A DNA stretch of 60,664 nt, the filler included. It is 6 parts of 6 records of this genome, joined end to end, with 100 filler letters (N's around TTAATTAATTAA, not from the genome) between each part and the next. Parts side by side here need not be neighbours in the genome. Positions count along the whole stretch, not along the records: positions 44,252 to 52,660 come from SRR31156797_13763; positions 52,761 to 60,664 come from SRR31156797_13800; 4 more parts are not named here. The stretch is one strand, 5' to 3'. A model generated the notes under the pieces. It was given only the letters and a program-made list of their open reading frames with translations, ran no database searches and was not told the DNA's origin. The first letter of the stretch is position 1. Every line of letters begins with the position of its first letter. Of the stretch, positions 50,396 to 60,664 are shown one piece after another. A program made the position numbers and the translations under genes.

Positions 50396-51142
50396 TTGAC
50401 TATTGAGAAAGGCGATTTCATAAAGATAAACTATACCGGTAAGTTCAATGAAGGACAGATCTTCGACACTACCGACGAACAGCTTGCAAAAGACAATGGT
50501 ATCTTCAATCCACGTGGCGTTTACGGTGGAGATGTCGTGATAGTTGGTTCCGGTCACACTATCAAGGGTCTTGATGAGGATTTCGTAGGTAAGGATGTAG
50601 GTTACTCCGGTACTGTCACAATTGAACCTGAGCTGGCATTCGGACCACACAACCCTGCCCTTGTAGAGACTGTTTCACTTACAAAGATAAAGGACCAGCT
50701 TGAGGACCAGAGACCATACCCTGGAATGCCAATTGAGCTTAACGGCAAACGTGGTGTAATTTCCCAGGTAATTGGCCGCAGAGTACGCGTAGACCTTAAT
50801 CATGCACTTGCAGGTAAGGAAGTCGAGTACGAATATACCGTCGAAGAGAAGATTGAGGAACCTGTCGCAAAGGCACAGGGTCTGCTCTCACTCTACACAG
50901 GTATGCCTGAGATCGAGATAGAGGTAACTGATGACCTTATCAGGGTCTTCACTCCTATCGAGCTCGGATTCAACCAGAGATGGCTCGTATCAAAACTCAC
51001 TATCGCAAACGAGCTTATCGACAAACTCGGTATTCCAAACCTTGAATACGTCGAGAAGCACCCATACGTCCCTGAGACAGCAGAAGTGCCTGAGGCAACC
51101 GAAGCTCCTGCAGAGGACGAAGAGGAAGCAACAGAGGAATAA
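50396..51142 (+). CDS. Long-type archaeal FKBP peptidyl-prolyl isomerase
   Basis: GDFIKINYTG, FDTT, IKGLDE, PELAFG, VDLNHALAGK; acidic tail. Start codon uncertain (50387 or 50396). Confidence 0.92.
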   Translation: MTIEKGDFIKINYTGKFNEGQIFDTTDEQLAKDNGIFNPRGVYGGDVVIVGSGHTIKGLDEDFVGKDVGYSGTVTIEPELAFGPHNPALVETVSLTKIKDQLEDQRPYPGMPIELNGKRGVISQVIGRRVRVDLNHALAGKEVEYEYTVEEKIEEPVAKAQGLLSLYTGMPEIEIEVTDDLIRVFTPIELGFNQRWLVSKLTIANELIDKLGIPNLEYVEKHPYVPETAEVPEATEAPAEDEEEATEE

Positions 51143-51285
51143 TTTTCCTCTTTTTCTTTCCCTTTATATTTCACTTATAATTACAACCTATAAATTCAAT
51201 TCATAATCTCTGACAATTACTGTCAATATCGATTTTGAATCAAAACCCTTATATTCTAGCTCGCTATTAAGATACCATCCGACAT

Positions 51286-51371
51286 GCTGAAGTAGCCAAG
51301 TGGACTACGGCGCCGGTCTTGAAAACCGGTAGTGCTAACGCGCTGCAAGAGTTCGAATCTCTTCTTCAGCG
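51286..51371 (+). tRNA. tRNA-Ser (anticodon UGA)
   Basis: Acceptor GCTGAAG/CTTCAGC + G discriminator; anticodon arm CCGGT-CTTGAAA-ACCGG; long variable arm; GTTCGAATC; CCA not encoded. Confidence 0.95.
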
Positions 51372-51654
51372 TCGATATTTTTTTTGAATTGATTTTTTGG
51401 TTTTGATAATCTTTTGGTTTAGTTGTTATGCTGGATTATCTATTTCTATTGTTGATTGATTTAATTGGTTGTATATTTTATATGTCAGATCAAAAAGCAT
51501 TTTAATTATACTAAAACTTCATGTTTATTGTGTACAAGTGAGTAGAACTCGAACAATACTGCTGTGACATCGTCCAGCAGTTGAAGATTGAGGTGGAAAT
51601 GTTTGTCCAGACCGGCAACATTTGTATTTGTCTAAACATGAGTGAGGTAATTTT

Positions 51655-51966
51655 TTGAATATCAAAGAGTTCCAGGAAATACTTGAGGCTGTGGAGATCA
51701 CCGACCTGATATTCACAAAACATTTCAAACTAAGGGCAGAACAACGGGGTTTGTACCAATTTGCGGATGGAATCCAACTACACAATATCTTAACAACTGA
51801 AGTCCCAAAAGGAATAGTCGACCAGGACGACAATAAGTTTCAAATAATTTACAGGCATAATGACAATTACGATGCTATTCTCATCTGTGCCATCAGAAGT
51901 GAAAGTCCATTAAAGTTATCGTTAGTAACATGTATCAAGCAGGAAACAAACAGGCGGGTGAAATGA
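51655..51966 (+). CDS. DUF4258-like small protein (candidate toxin)
   Basis: TTG start after GTGAGGT; IFTKHFKLRAEQRG motif; C-terminal LVT. Confidence 0.55.
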   Translation: MNIKEFQEILEAVEITDLIFTKHFKLRAEQRGLYQFADGIQLHNILTTEVPKGIVDQDDNKFQIIYRHNDNYDAILICAIRSESPLKLSLVTCIKQETNRRVK

Positions 51967-52341
51967 ATGCCAGGAAACCATATTAGTTACGAAAGCGAAA
52001 TTGACTACGATGCGCACAATGATACAATTTATGCTTTCGCTTTGGATCAAGATTACGTATCATCGTTGGTGTTTGGTGACATCATAATGGACCTGAACAA
52101 AGACAACGAGTTTGTTGGTACCGAGGTTCTAAACGCATCAACTAAGTTTAATGTAAGCTCATATGAATTCCTTTCTCCGGTTGAGTTGAAAGTTGATTAC
52201 GAAATCACTGACGACAAGATTGAAATTGCTGTGACGTTTACATTTGTAAAAAGGAACCAGTCAATTGCAAGAACAATTTCTGCGACTGGCGATAATGATC
52301 TGAAATTAGCGCCCGCATCAGCCACTCTTGCACTGGCATAG
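51967..52341 (+). CDS. DUF2283-like protein (candidate antitoxin)
   Basis: DYDAHNDTIY...IIMDLNKDNEFVGTEVLNAS; ATG immediately after the upstream stop. Confidence 0.7.
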   Translation: MPGNHISYESEIDYDAHNDTIYAFALDQDYVSSLVFGDIIMDLNKDNEFVGTEVLNASTKFNVSSYEFLSPVELKVDYEITDDKIEIAVTFTFVKRNQSIARTISATGDNDLKLAPASATLALA

Positions 52342-52575
52342 TTCATTTCTTTTTTCACATTCTACACTTTTTAGATCATCAGTATGTACATGTCATTTTA
52401 TGATAAGGTACATATCCAACCTTTTCCATAATGTATCATTGTAAGTGTGTAAGCGTTGAATTGCTGGTAGAATTCTCTTCCTAGTATCGATATCTTTTTT
52501 TCTTGTAGTTATAATTTCAAAAAAAGAATGTGATGATTTCCATCACACAATACTTTAAATTTAATTTAACTATTG

Positions 52576-52659
52576 CTACTCCAATGAACCTTTCCCTTTC
52601 AAGGACTGAAGATGCTTCCTTGCGGCTTCAGCTTTTGCTTTCTCAACCTGAGTTGCTTT
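52576..52659 (-). CDS. Possible C-terminal fragment of an unknown protein
   Basis: Open frame from the contig edge: KATQVEKAKAEAARKHLQSLKGKGSLE*; too short to be sure. Confidence 0.3.
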   Translation of the reverse strand, partial: KATQVEKAKAEAARKHLQSLKGKGSLE

Positions 52660-52660
52660 T

Positions 52661-52760
52661 NNNNNNNNNNNNNNNNNNNNNNNNNNNNNNNNNNNNNNNN
52701 NNNNTTAATTAATTAANNNNNNNNNNNNNNNNNNNNNNNNNNNNNNNNNNNNNNNNNNNN
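52661..52760. other. Artificial contig spacer
   Basis: N-run with TTAATTAATTAA. Confidence 0.98.
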
Positions 52761-53016
52761 AATCCCACGAGCCAGTTGTAGGATTTCAGGTTAAATGTCT
52801 CGCGTTGTCAGAGTATTGCCGCATGTAACTGTTCACATTAAGCCGTATACCGATCACTTTCAACGTACGCCTGTTCCACAAAAGGCCGATACCAAACATG
52901 CAGCGCTTCCTTTTCTCTTGCTCCACAGTTCGGTTTTCTCTATGCTAATCGCCGGAAAAGCAATGTATTATCTCCTCACCGTTAAGCGCCGCGATAAACC
53001 TTGACAACATGTAGCC

Positions 53017-54552
53017 ATGATGACAACGGATAAGCAAAATCAACATCCTGCTCTGGCTTTAAAAACATTGCCGGTGCAATTCGTCCTCCCGGTGGCCCTT
53101 ACCATTGCCCTGTTTATCCTTACCATTTATCTTGTCATGATTCCACAGCTTGAAAAAAGTATGATGTCCACCAAAAGAGAGGGGCTTAAACGATTGACGG
53201 AGGGCGCCTGGAGCACACTGGATATTTTTCATAAAAAAGCCCTTCAAGGCGTTTTAACCGATGAACAGGCAAAAGAGGCGGCCATTGCCCATTTTGGGCA
53301 ATTGCGCTACGGACCTGAACAGGTGGACTATTTCTGGATCAATGATATGATACCGGTAATGATCATGCATCCCTACCGTCCGGATCTTGTGGGCACCGAT
53401 GTCTCAGGGTTCAAAGATCCGTCCGGCAAGCTTCTTTTTGTGGAGATGGTCAAAACCGTTGAACAAAAGGATGCCGGTTTTGTGGAATATCTGTGGCAGC
53501 GGCAGGATGATCCGGAAAACCTTGTTCCGAAAATCTCTTTTGTAAAAGCCTTTGCCCCGTGGGGATGGGTTATCGGCACAGGGATTTATGTTGAGGATGT
53601 CAAGCAGGAAATCCGGGCGGTGACCCGTCATGTGACCCTGGTCTGTTTGGGAATTTTAATTTTATTCATCATCCTCTCCGGGTATATGGTCTGGCAGGGG
53701 GCCAAGGCCAAAAAAGATCAGATTTTTGCCATGGATCAGGCAAGAATAAAGGAAAAACAGCTCATCCAGGCGGACAAGATGACATCCCTGGGCATCCTTG
53801 TGTCAGGTGTTGCCCACGAGGTCAACAATCCCGTAACATCCATTATGCTCAATGCCCCCAACCTTAAAAAGGCCTGGCAGTCATTTACCCCGATTTTGGA
53901 GGACCATTTTAGAGACCGGCCCGAGGCCCAGGTCTGCAATATGCCGTACACGGAACTTGCCGGACGCATATTCATGATGATCACCGCCATTGAGGAGAGT
54001 GCCGCGCGAATAAAAAAGATCATCACCGAACTGAAGGATTTTTCCCGGCCCGGCGGCGGCGGCATGGACCGGCCCGTTGACATCAACCTCATGGTCGGTA
54101 AAGCCATTGATCTCACCCGGTCGCTGCTTAAAAAATCAACCCGGCACTTTTCCGCCCGGCTGGACGAAAACCTGCCCATGATCCGCGCCAATGAACAAAA
54201 GCTGCAACAGGTGATCATCAACCTGATTGTGAATGCTTGCCAGGCCCTTGAAAATCAGGATCAGTCCATCACGGTATCGACCCTGTTTCTTCCGGAATCC
54301 GGCACCATCCGGATCCGCGTAGAGGATACGGGCTCGGGAATTGCGATAGAAGATCTGGCAAGGATCAAGGAACCGTTTTTTACCACCAAGCGGGACGACG
54401 GCGGAACCGGTCTTGGGTTGTCAATCTGTGAAAAAATTGCTAATGACCATAGGGGGACTCTCGATTTTGAATCAACCCCCGGACAGGGAGTGACCGCCAC
54501 ATTGGATCTCCCCGTAATGCATCCGGATGAAAAAAAAGTGCTTGAGCCGTAA
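53017..54552 (+). CDS. Sensor histidine kinase with single Cache_2 domain
   Basis: Two TMs flanking YFWIND..MHPY...GTGIY; H-box VAHEVNNP; NLIVNA, DTGSG, FFTTK, GTGLGL. Confidence 0.92.
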   Translation: MMTTDKQNQHPALALKTLPVQFVLPVALTIALFILTIYLVMIPQLEKSMMSTKREGLKRLTEGAWSTLDIFHKKALQGVLTDEQAKEAAIAHFGQLRYGPEQVDYFWINDMIPVMIMHPYRPDLVGTDVSGFKDPSGKLLFVEMVKTVEQKDAGFVEYLWQRQDDPENLVPKISFVKAFAPWGWVIGTGIYVEDVKQEIRAVTRHVTLVCLGILILFIILSGYMVWQGAKAKKDQIFAMDQARIKEKQLIQADKMTSLGILVSGVAHEVNNPVTSIMLNAPNLKKAWQSFTPILEDHFRDRPEAQVCNMPYTELAGRIFMMITAIEESAARIKKIITELKDFSRPGGGGMDRPVDINLMVGKAIDLTRSLLKKSTRHFSARLDENLPMIRANEQKLQQVIINLIVNACQALENQDQSITVSTLFLPESGTIRIRVEDTGSGIAIEDLARIKEPFFTTKRDDGGTGLGLSICEKIANDHRGTLDFESTPGQGVTATLDLPVMHPDEKKVLEP

Positions 54553-54574
54553 TATGATAAACCAGGAAAATACA

Positions 54575-55990
54575 ATGGGACGTCCCATTCTGATCGTGGA
54601 TGATGAACCGGAAATACTTTTGGCGGTTGATACCACCCTGCGTATGGCCGGTTTCAGCAATATTATCACGTTAAATGACTCCCGGGATGTGATCCGGCTA
54701 ATGGAACGGCAGCGTCCCTGTCTCGTGATTCTGGATCTGAACATGCCCCATATCAACGGCAGCCGGATCTTAAAGATAATCCGGAAGACATACCGGAAAA
54801 TCCCCGTGATTATCCTCACCGGCGCCATTGATGTGGATACCGCCGTCAGGTGCATGAAGATCGGCGCCGTGGATTACATCTTAAAACCGGTTGAAGAAGA
54901 CAAGCTTCTGGCATCGGTAAAACAGGCCCTCGAGTTCATAAACCTCGGCAATAAGGACCGGATTGTATCGAACGGTGAACTCTACTCGCAGATCAAAAAC
55001 CCGGAGGCATTTTCACATATCATCACCCAGGATAAGAAGATGCACTCCATCTTCCACTATATCGAGGCGGTTGCACCCTCTTCCCGGCCGGTTCTGATCT
55101 TCGGCGAAACCGGTGTGGGCAAGGAGCTCATCGGCAGGGCCATCCATACCCTGAGCAACCGGCAGGGGAAACTGATTGTGGTGAATGTGGCCGGCCTCGA
55201 TGACAATATTTTTTCAGACACCCTGTTCGGACATGTTCCGGGCGCATTTACCGGTGCTCAGAAACAGAGATCCGGTCTAATCGAACAGGCTGCCGGCGGG
55301 ACCCTGTTCCTGGATGAAATCGGCGATCTGACACTCACCAGCCAGGTCAAGCTCTTAAGACTGCTCCAGGAAGGAGAGTACCTCCCTTTGGGTTCGGATA
55401 ATACGCGAAAGTCAGATGCCAGAATCGTTGCCTCCACCAACCGGGATCTATGGGTGCTTGAAAAAAAAGGGAGTTTCAGAAAAGATCTGATCTACCGTCT
55501 GTCAACCCACACCCTGACCCTGCCGCCCCTCCGCCAAAGGCTTCTTGATCTGCCCTTGCTCCTTGACCGGTTCATTTGCCAGGCCGCGGACGAGCTCGAT
55601 AAACCGATCCCGGATATTCCAAAATCGTTAATGGAACAAATGGAAGCCTATCCCTATAAAGGCAATATCCGGGAGTTGAAATCCATGGTGTACGATGCCA
55701 TGAGTCGCTATAAGAAAGGACCCATAACGGCTGATCTTTTCAAGGAGGTTACCCCTGATTCCGCCGGAATGGCATCCAACCTGAATGCATCTGCCAGCTT
55801 TAATGGATCTAATGGCGCGGCACAACCCGCCCAAGATCTGCCCACCCTGAAACAGGCGTCAAACGAGCTGGTCCAACAGGCCATGGCCCAGACCGGCGGC
55901 AACCAGTCGGCTGCGGCAAAAATTCTCGGCATCTCCCAACAGGCCTTAAGCAAACGCCTTAAAAAATTAAAATCCAAAAAAAAATCCTGA
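54575..55990 (+). CDS. sigma54-dependent response regulator (NtrC/AtoC family)
   Basis: Receiver ILIVDDE/LDLNMP; GETGVGKE, GAFTGA, LFLDEIG; Fis-type HTH. Start could be 54554. Confidence 0.95.
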   Translation: MGRPILIVDDEPEILLAVDTTLRMAGFSNIITLNDSRDVIRLMERQRPCLVILDLNMPHINGSRILKIIRKTYRKIPVIILTGAIDVDTAVRCMKIGAVDYILKPVEEDKLLASVKQALEFINLGNKDRIVSNGELYSQIKNPEAFSHIITQDKKMHSIFHYIEAVAPSSRPVLIFGETGVGKELIGRAIHTLSNRQGKLIVVNVAGLDDNIFSDTLFGHVPGAFTGAQKQRSGLIEQAAGGTLFLDEIGDLTLTSQVKLLRLLQEGEYLPLGSDNTRKSDARIVASTNRDLWVLEKKGSFRKDLIYRLSTHTLTLPPLRQRLLDLPLLLDRFICQAADELDKPIPDIPKSLMEQMEAYPYKGNIRELKSMVYDAMSRYKKGPITADLFKEVTPDSAGMASNLNASASFNGSNGAAQPAQDLPTLKQASNELVQQAMAQTGGNQSAAAKILGISQQALSKRLKKLKSKKKS

Positions 55991-56013
55991 TACGGCCTCA
56001 CCCGAATCCAGGG

Positions 56014-56119
56014 TACAACCAAAGTTGTAGTCACAACTTCGGTTGTAAAAAAGACTGAACAACCGACCCCAAGAAGCGTCCCGGCCCTTTTGTGATCCAC
56101 ATCCACAACTTTTGTTGTA
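56014..56119. promoter_or_regulatory. Three palindromic enhancer sites ACAAC-N4-GTTGT
   Basis: TACAACCAAAGTTGTA 56014-56029, CACAACTTCGGTTGTA 56032-56047, CACAACTTTTGTTGTA 56104-56119. Confidence 0.72.
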
Positions 56120-56196
56120 ATCATGAAAAGTCCCGTCCATGGTTACCAAACAATAAAGCCCAAATATAACAGTGGCATACATTGATCAAGCCCCAA

Positions 56197-56212
56197 TGGC
56201 ACAATGATTGCT
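56197..56212 (+). promoter_or_regulatory. sigma54 promoter of the MFS-acs operon
   Basis: TGGCACAATGATTGCT matches TGGCAC-N5-TTGC. Confidence 0.85.
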
Positions 56213-56261
56213 ATTAGTAAAGATTCAAAACGACAATCATAGATGACGGGAGGCTTTAACA

Positions 56262-57581
56262 ATGAATCAGGTCAAAAATATCGGTTGGCGTGTTACCACG
56301 GCAGGCTTGGGAATCAATCTCGCATTGGGTATTCTTTACACATGGAGTATCTTTAAAATGACCATCAAGGAGTCCATTGTTGCCCAGGACGGACTCTTTA
56401 ACTGGAGTCTGGCCAGTTTAAACGATCCCTATGCGGTCTGCTGTCTTGTCTTTGCATTTGCCATGATCTTTGCGGGCCGTGTCCAGGACAAATTCAGTCC
56501 CAGGGTCACTGCCGTGATCGGCGGCATTTTCACGGGTCTGGGCCTGATGATCATCTCCCTTTCAAACGCCTGGATCGCCTGGATTGTGGGGTTCGGGATC
56601 ATGACGGGCATAGGGCTCGGATTCGGATACGCCTCCGCCACGCCGCCTGCCATCAAATGGTTCCCGCCGGCCAAAACCGGTATGATCGCCGGCATCGTGG
56701 TGGCCGGTTTCGGACTGGCATCCGTCTATATCGCTCCTTTGGCCACCTTTCTGATCAACGGTTTCGGTTTAAGCCGGTCCATGATGATTTTCGGTGTTTC
56801 GTTTCTCGTGATTGTCTCGGTGCTGGCCCGGTTTCTGGTGAACCCGCCCAAAGGTTATGTTCATCCCGATACAAAAAAAACCTCCCTTGTGGTACAAGAT
56901 GAAACCATTGATTATTCTCCCACCCAGATGCTCCGTACGGCTGCATTTTTCAAACTCTGGTTGATCTTTGCCATCGGGTCCGGTGCGGGGCTGATGATTA
57001 TCGGCGGCATCGCCGGTATGGCAAAACAGGGCATGGGTCACCTGGCCTGGATCGTGGTGGCCCTGATGGCGGTGGGGAATGCCTCCGGCCGGGTTATTGC
57101 CGGTATCCTGTCGGACCGGATCGGCCGCACCACCACCCTCTTCATCATGCTGGTCTTCCAGGCCATTGTGATCTTTTCACTCTTGTTTATCACACCGGAG
57201 CAGGTGGGACTGCTTGTACTTGCCGCCACATTGATCGGGTTTAATTACGGTACCAACCTCTCCCTGTTTCCATCCGCCACCAAGGATTATTTCGGCCTCA
57301 AGAATTTCGGCGTCAATTACGGCCTGGTCTTCTCCGCCTGGGGTGTGGGCGGTTTCATATTCCCAAGGGTTTCACAGATGATCATCGCCCACACCAACAG
57401 CCCCGGGATGGCCTATATTCTGGCTGCCTTGCTCCTGCTTGTGAGTGCCGTGCTGGCGTTGATGACCAGATCCCCCGCGGCTGCCACCGAAGAAACCCTC
57501 GAATTTCCAGCGGTTGCCGCCGATAAAATCAGTCCGCGCCTGGCGCCCGCCGCCGAAAAAATCATGGTGATCCGCAGATGA
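56262..57581 (+). CDS. OFA (oxalate:formate antiporter-like) family MFS transporter
   Basis: LGILYTWS, GRVQDKFSPR, KWFPPAKTG, DYFGLKNFGVNYG. Confidence 0.88.
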   Translation: MNQVKNIGWRVTTAGLGINLALGILYTWSIFKMTIKESIVAQDGLFNWSLASLNDPYAVCCLVFAFAMIFAGRVQDKFSPRVTAVIGGIFTGLGLMIISLSNAWIAWIVGFGIMTGIGLGFGYASATPPAIKWFPPAKTGMIAGIVVAGFGLASVYIAPLATFLINGFGLSRSMMIFGVSFLVIVSVLARFLVNPPKGYVHPDTKKTSLVVQDETIDYSPTQMLRTAAFFKLWLIFAIGSGAGLMIIGGIAGMAKQGMGHLAWIVVALMAVGNASGRVIAGILSDRIGRTTTLFIMLVFQAIVIFSLLFITPEQVGLLVLAATLIGFNYGTNLSLFPSATKDYFGLKNFGVNYGLVFSAWGVGGFIFPRVSQMIIAHTNSPGMAYILAALLLLVSAVLALMTRSPAAATEETLEFPAVAADKISPRLAPAAEKIMVIRR

Positions 57582-57640
57582 ATCGACGCTCTAAAATATA
57601 CGCCTGCTTGAAAAAAGGGTGATTGTCATAAGGAGGGAAC

Positions 57641-59608
<1,968 letters not shown>

Positions 59609-60065
59609 TTTTTGCATAACCTTTTAAGTGGGATTATTTTTAAAAAATATGATATCGTGTCTTCAAGTGCCAGCGGTCGGCTTTAACACCTCTAAGAAAA
59701 CCACGTGCGGGATAAAACCCCACAAAGGTTACATTTTAAAAATGAAAGTTGGATTGGCACTTAATTCCACGGCTTCTCGGGTGTGCGTGCATCTTTTCTT
59801 TGCGGCCCGGAAAAAGAAAAATGATGGGCTGTACGTAAGAGAATAACGGCATTCCGGGAAGCCGATAAATTTGGGACCCGGGGATCGGCCCGGCCCGCGG
59901 CGGGTGGCACCTGACGCGGGTCCGGAAAATTGAAATCCCTAATCTTCCATGAATGGATGAAATATTCTTTCTGAGTGTGGGTGTCCAAAGCGATAAATCC
60001 TTACCGGAGTCTTCTTTCACATGAATGGTGGCAAGGGCTGAAGCTGTCAGGCCGAACTGATCCTC

Positions 60066-60422
60066 GACGTATTGTGCAACAACACCGATGACCATCTCAG
60101 AAATCACGGGTTTATCCATATTTCAGGCCAAGGTTGGCGGCTTTCGCCTGCCTACGATATTGTTCCGCAACCGGACATGGGGCCTGAAGAGCCCCGGAGG
60201 TTAACCCTCGGCGTGGGAATGAACGGGAGCCGGGAGGCAACCCTGAAAAACGCCTTATCTTCCTGCGGTGTTTTTGGTTTGCCAGAGGAAGACGGTGAAA
60301 AGATCATAGATCAAATGAAAACGAAGTTTCTGTCCCAGTGGGAAGAGGTATATTCGGAATATCATGTCCCTCCGGAAAACTTTCCGGGACTGGCCAAAGC
60401 GTTTGTCAATCATCTGCGGTGA
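60066..60422 (+). pseudogene. HipA-family kinase toxin, 3' remnant
   Basis: NNTDDHLRNHGF and WRLSPAYD catalytic motifs; in-frame TGA at 60039 and no N-lobe upstream. Confidence 0.75.
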
Positions 60423-60664
60423 GGGTAAGAGTCTATGGAAAGGAAGGCACAAGATTACATTTTGATCTTTCCCTATACCACTGCCCAGAATATAGAAATG
60501 TCGGAAATCTGAAAGAAAAACCTAAGAAAAGTTTGAACTCATTTTCGATTTGTATTGAGGAATTTGCATATGGCGACTATATTCCAGGAGGAGCTTAGAC
60601 GCAGTTTTTCTTAACCGTTATAACAAACAAATCTACCCATCCAAACAGGAGGCAACATGTCGAC

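Noticed and set aside
52761-53010. Short ORFs upstream of the sensor kinase (e.g. 52795-53004)
   Set aside because: No motifs or convincing RBS; probably intergenic or a fragment.

Overview
The window is a concatenation of six unrelated contigs joined by 100-nt N/TTAATTAATTAA/N spacers, so nothing should be read across the joins. (1) 1-9420, GC-rich and spirochaete-like: TolC end, hairpin-less MFP, RND pump, PII-like protein, then a GldA/F/G-like ABC module and a DUF4340 protein. (2) 9521-26021, Vibrio core genome in ordinary synteny: rplS-trmD-rimM-rpsP, ffh, ypjD, CNNM protein, luxS, gshA, M16 peptidase, yqaA, quinone oxidoreductase, oadBAG, 3' end of a tRNA. (3) 26122-37990, an AT-rich unidentified bacterium: arsenic operon (ArsP/ArsE/Acr3/ArsC/ArsF/ArsG-like), a Cys/His leader-type ORF followed by an exported metallothionein-like protein with 27 Cys, Hsp20, and a 1235-aa ORF that looks like a myxobacterial TraA+TraB-type adhesin and OM barrel fused via an internal MYXO-CTERM-like tag and a second signal peptide, plus protease and patatin lipoproteins. 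(4) 38091-44151, Desulfovibrionaceae-like: an unassigned glycyl radical enzyme with a GCVS Cys loop, its activase, a C-GCAxxG-C-C protein, a UGA/SECIS HesB-like selenoprotein absent from the ORF track, and a sigma54-driven isethionate sulfite-lyase-like GRE. (5) 44252-52660, a Methanosarcinaceae-like archaeon: housekeeping genes, tRNA-Ser(UGA) and a DUF4258/DUF2283-like pair. (6) 52761-60664, Desulfobacterales-like: Cache sensor kinase, sigma54 regulator with visible enhancer sites, OFA-family MFS, acs, and a hipA remnant. The best leads are the TraAB-like polyprotein, the leader + metallothionein-like pair, and the GRE/selenoprotein locus. All family and taxon assignments come from motif recognition and memory; no database searches were run.
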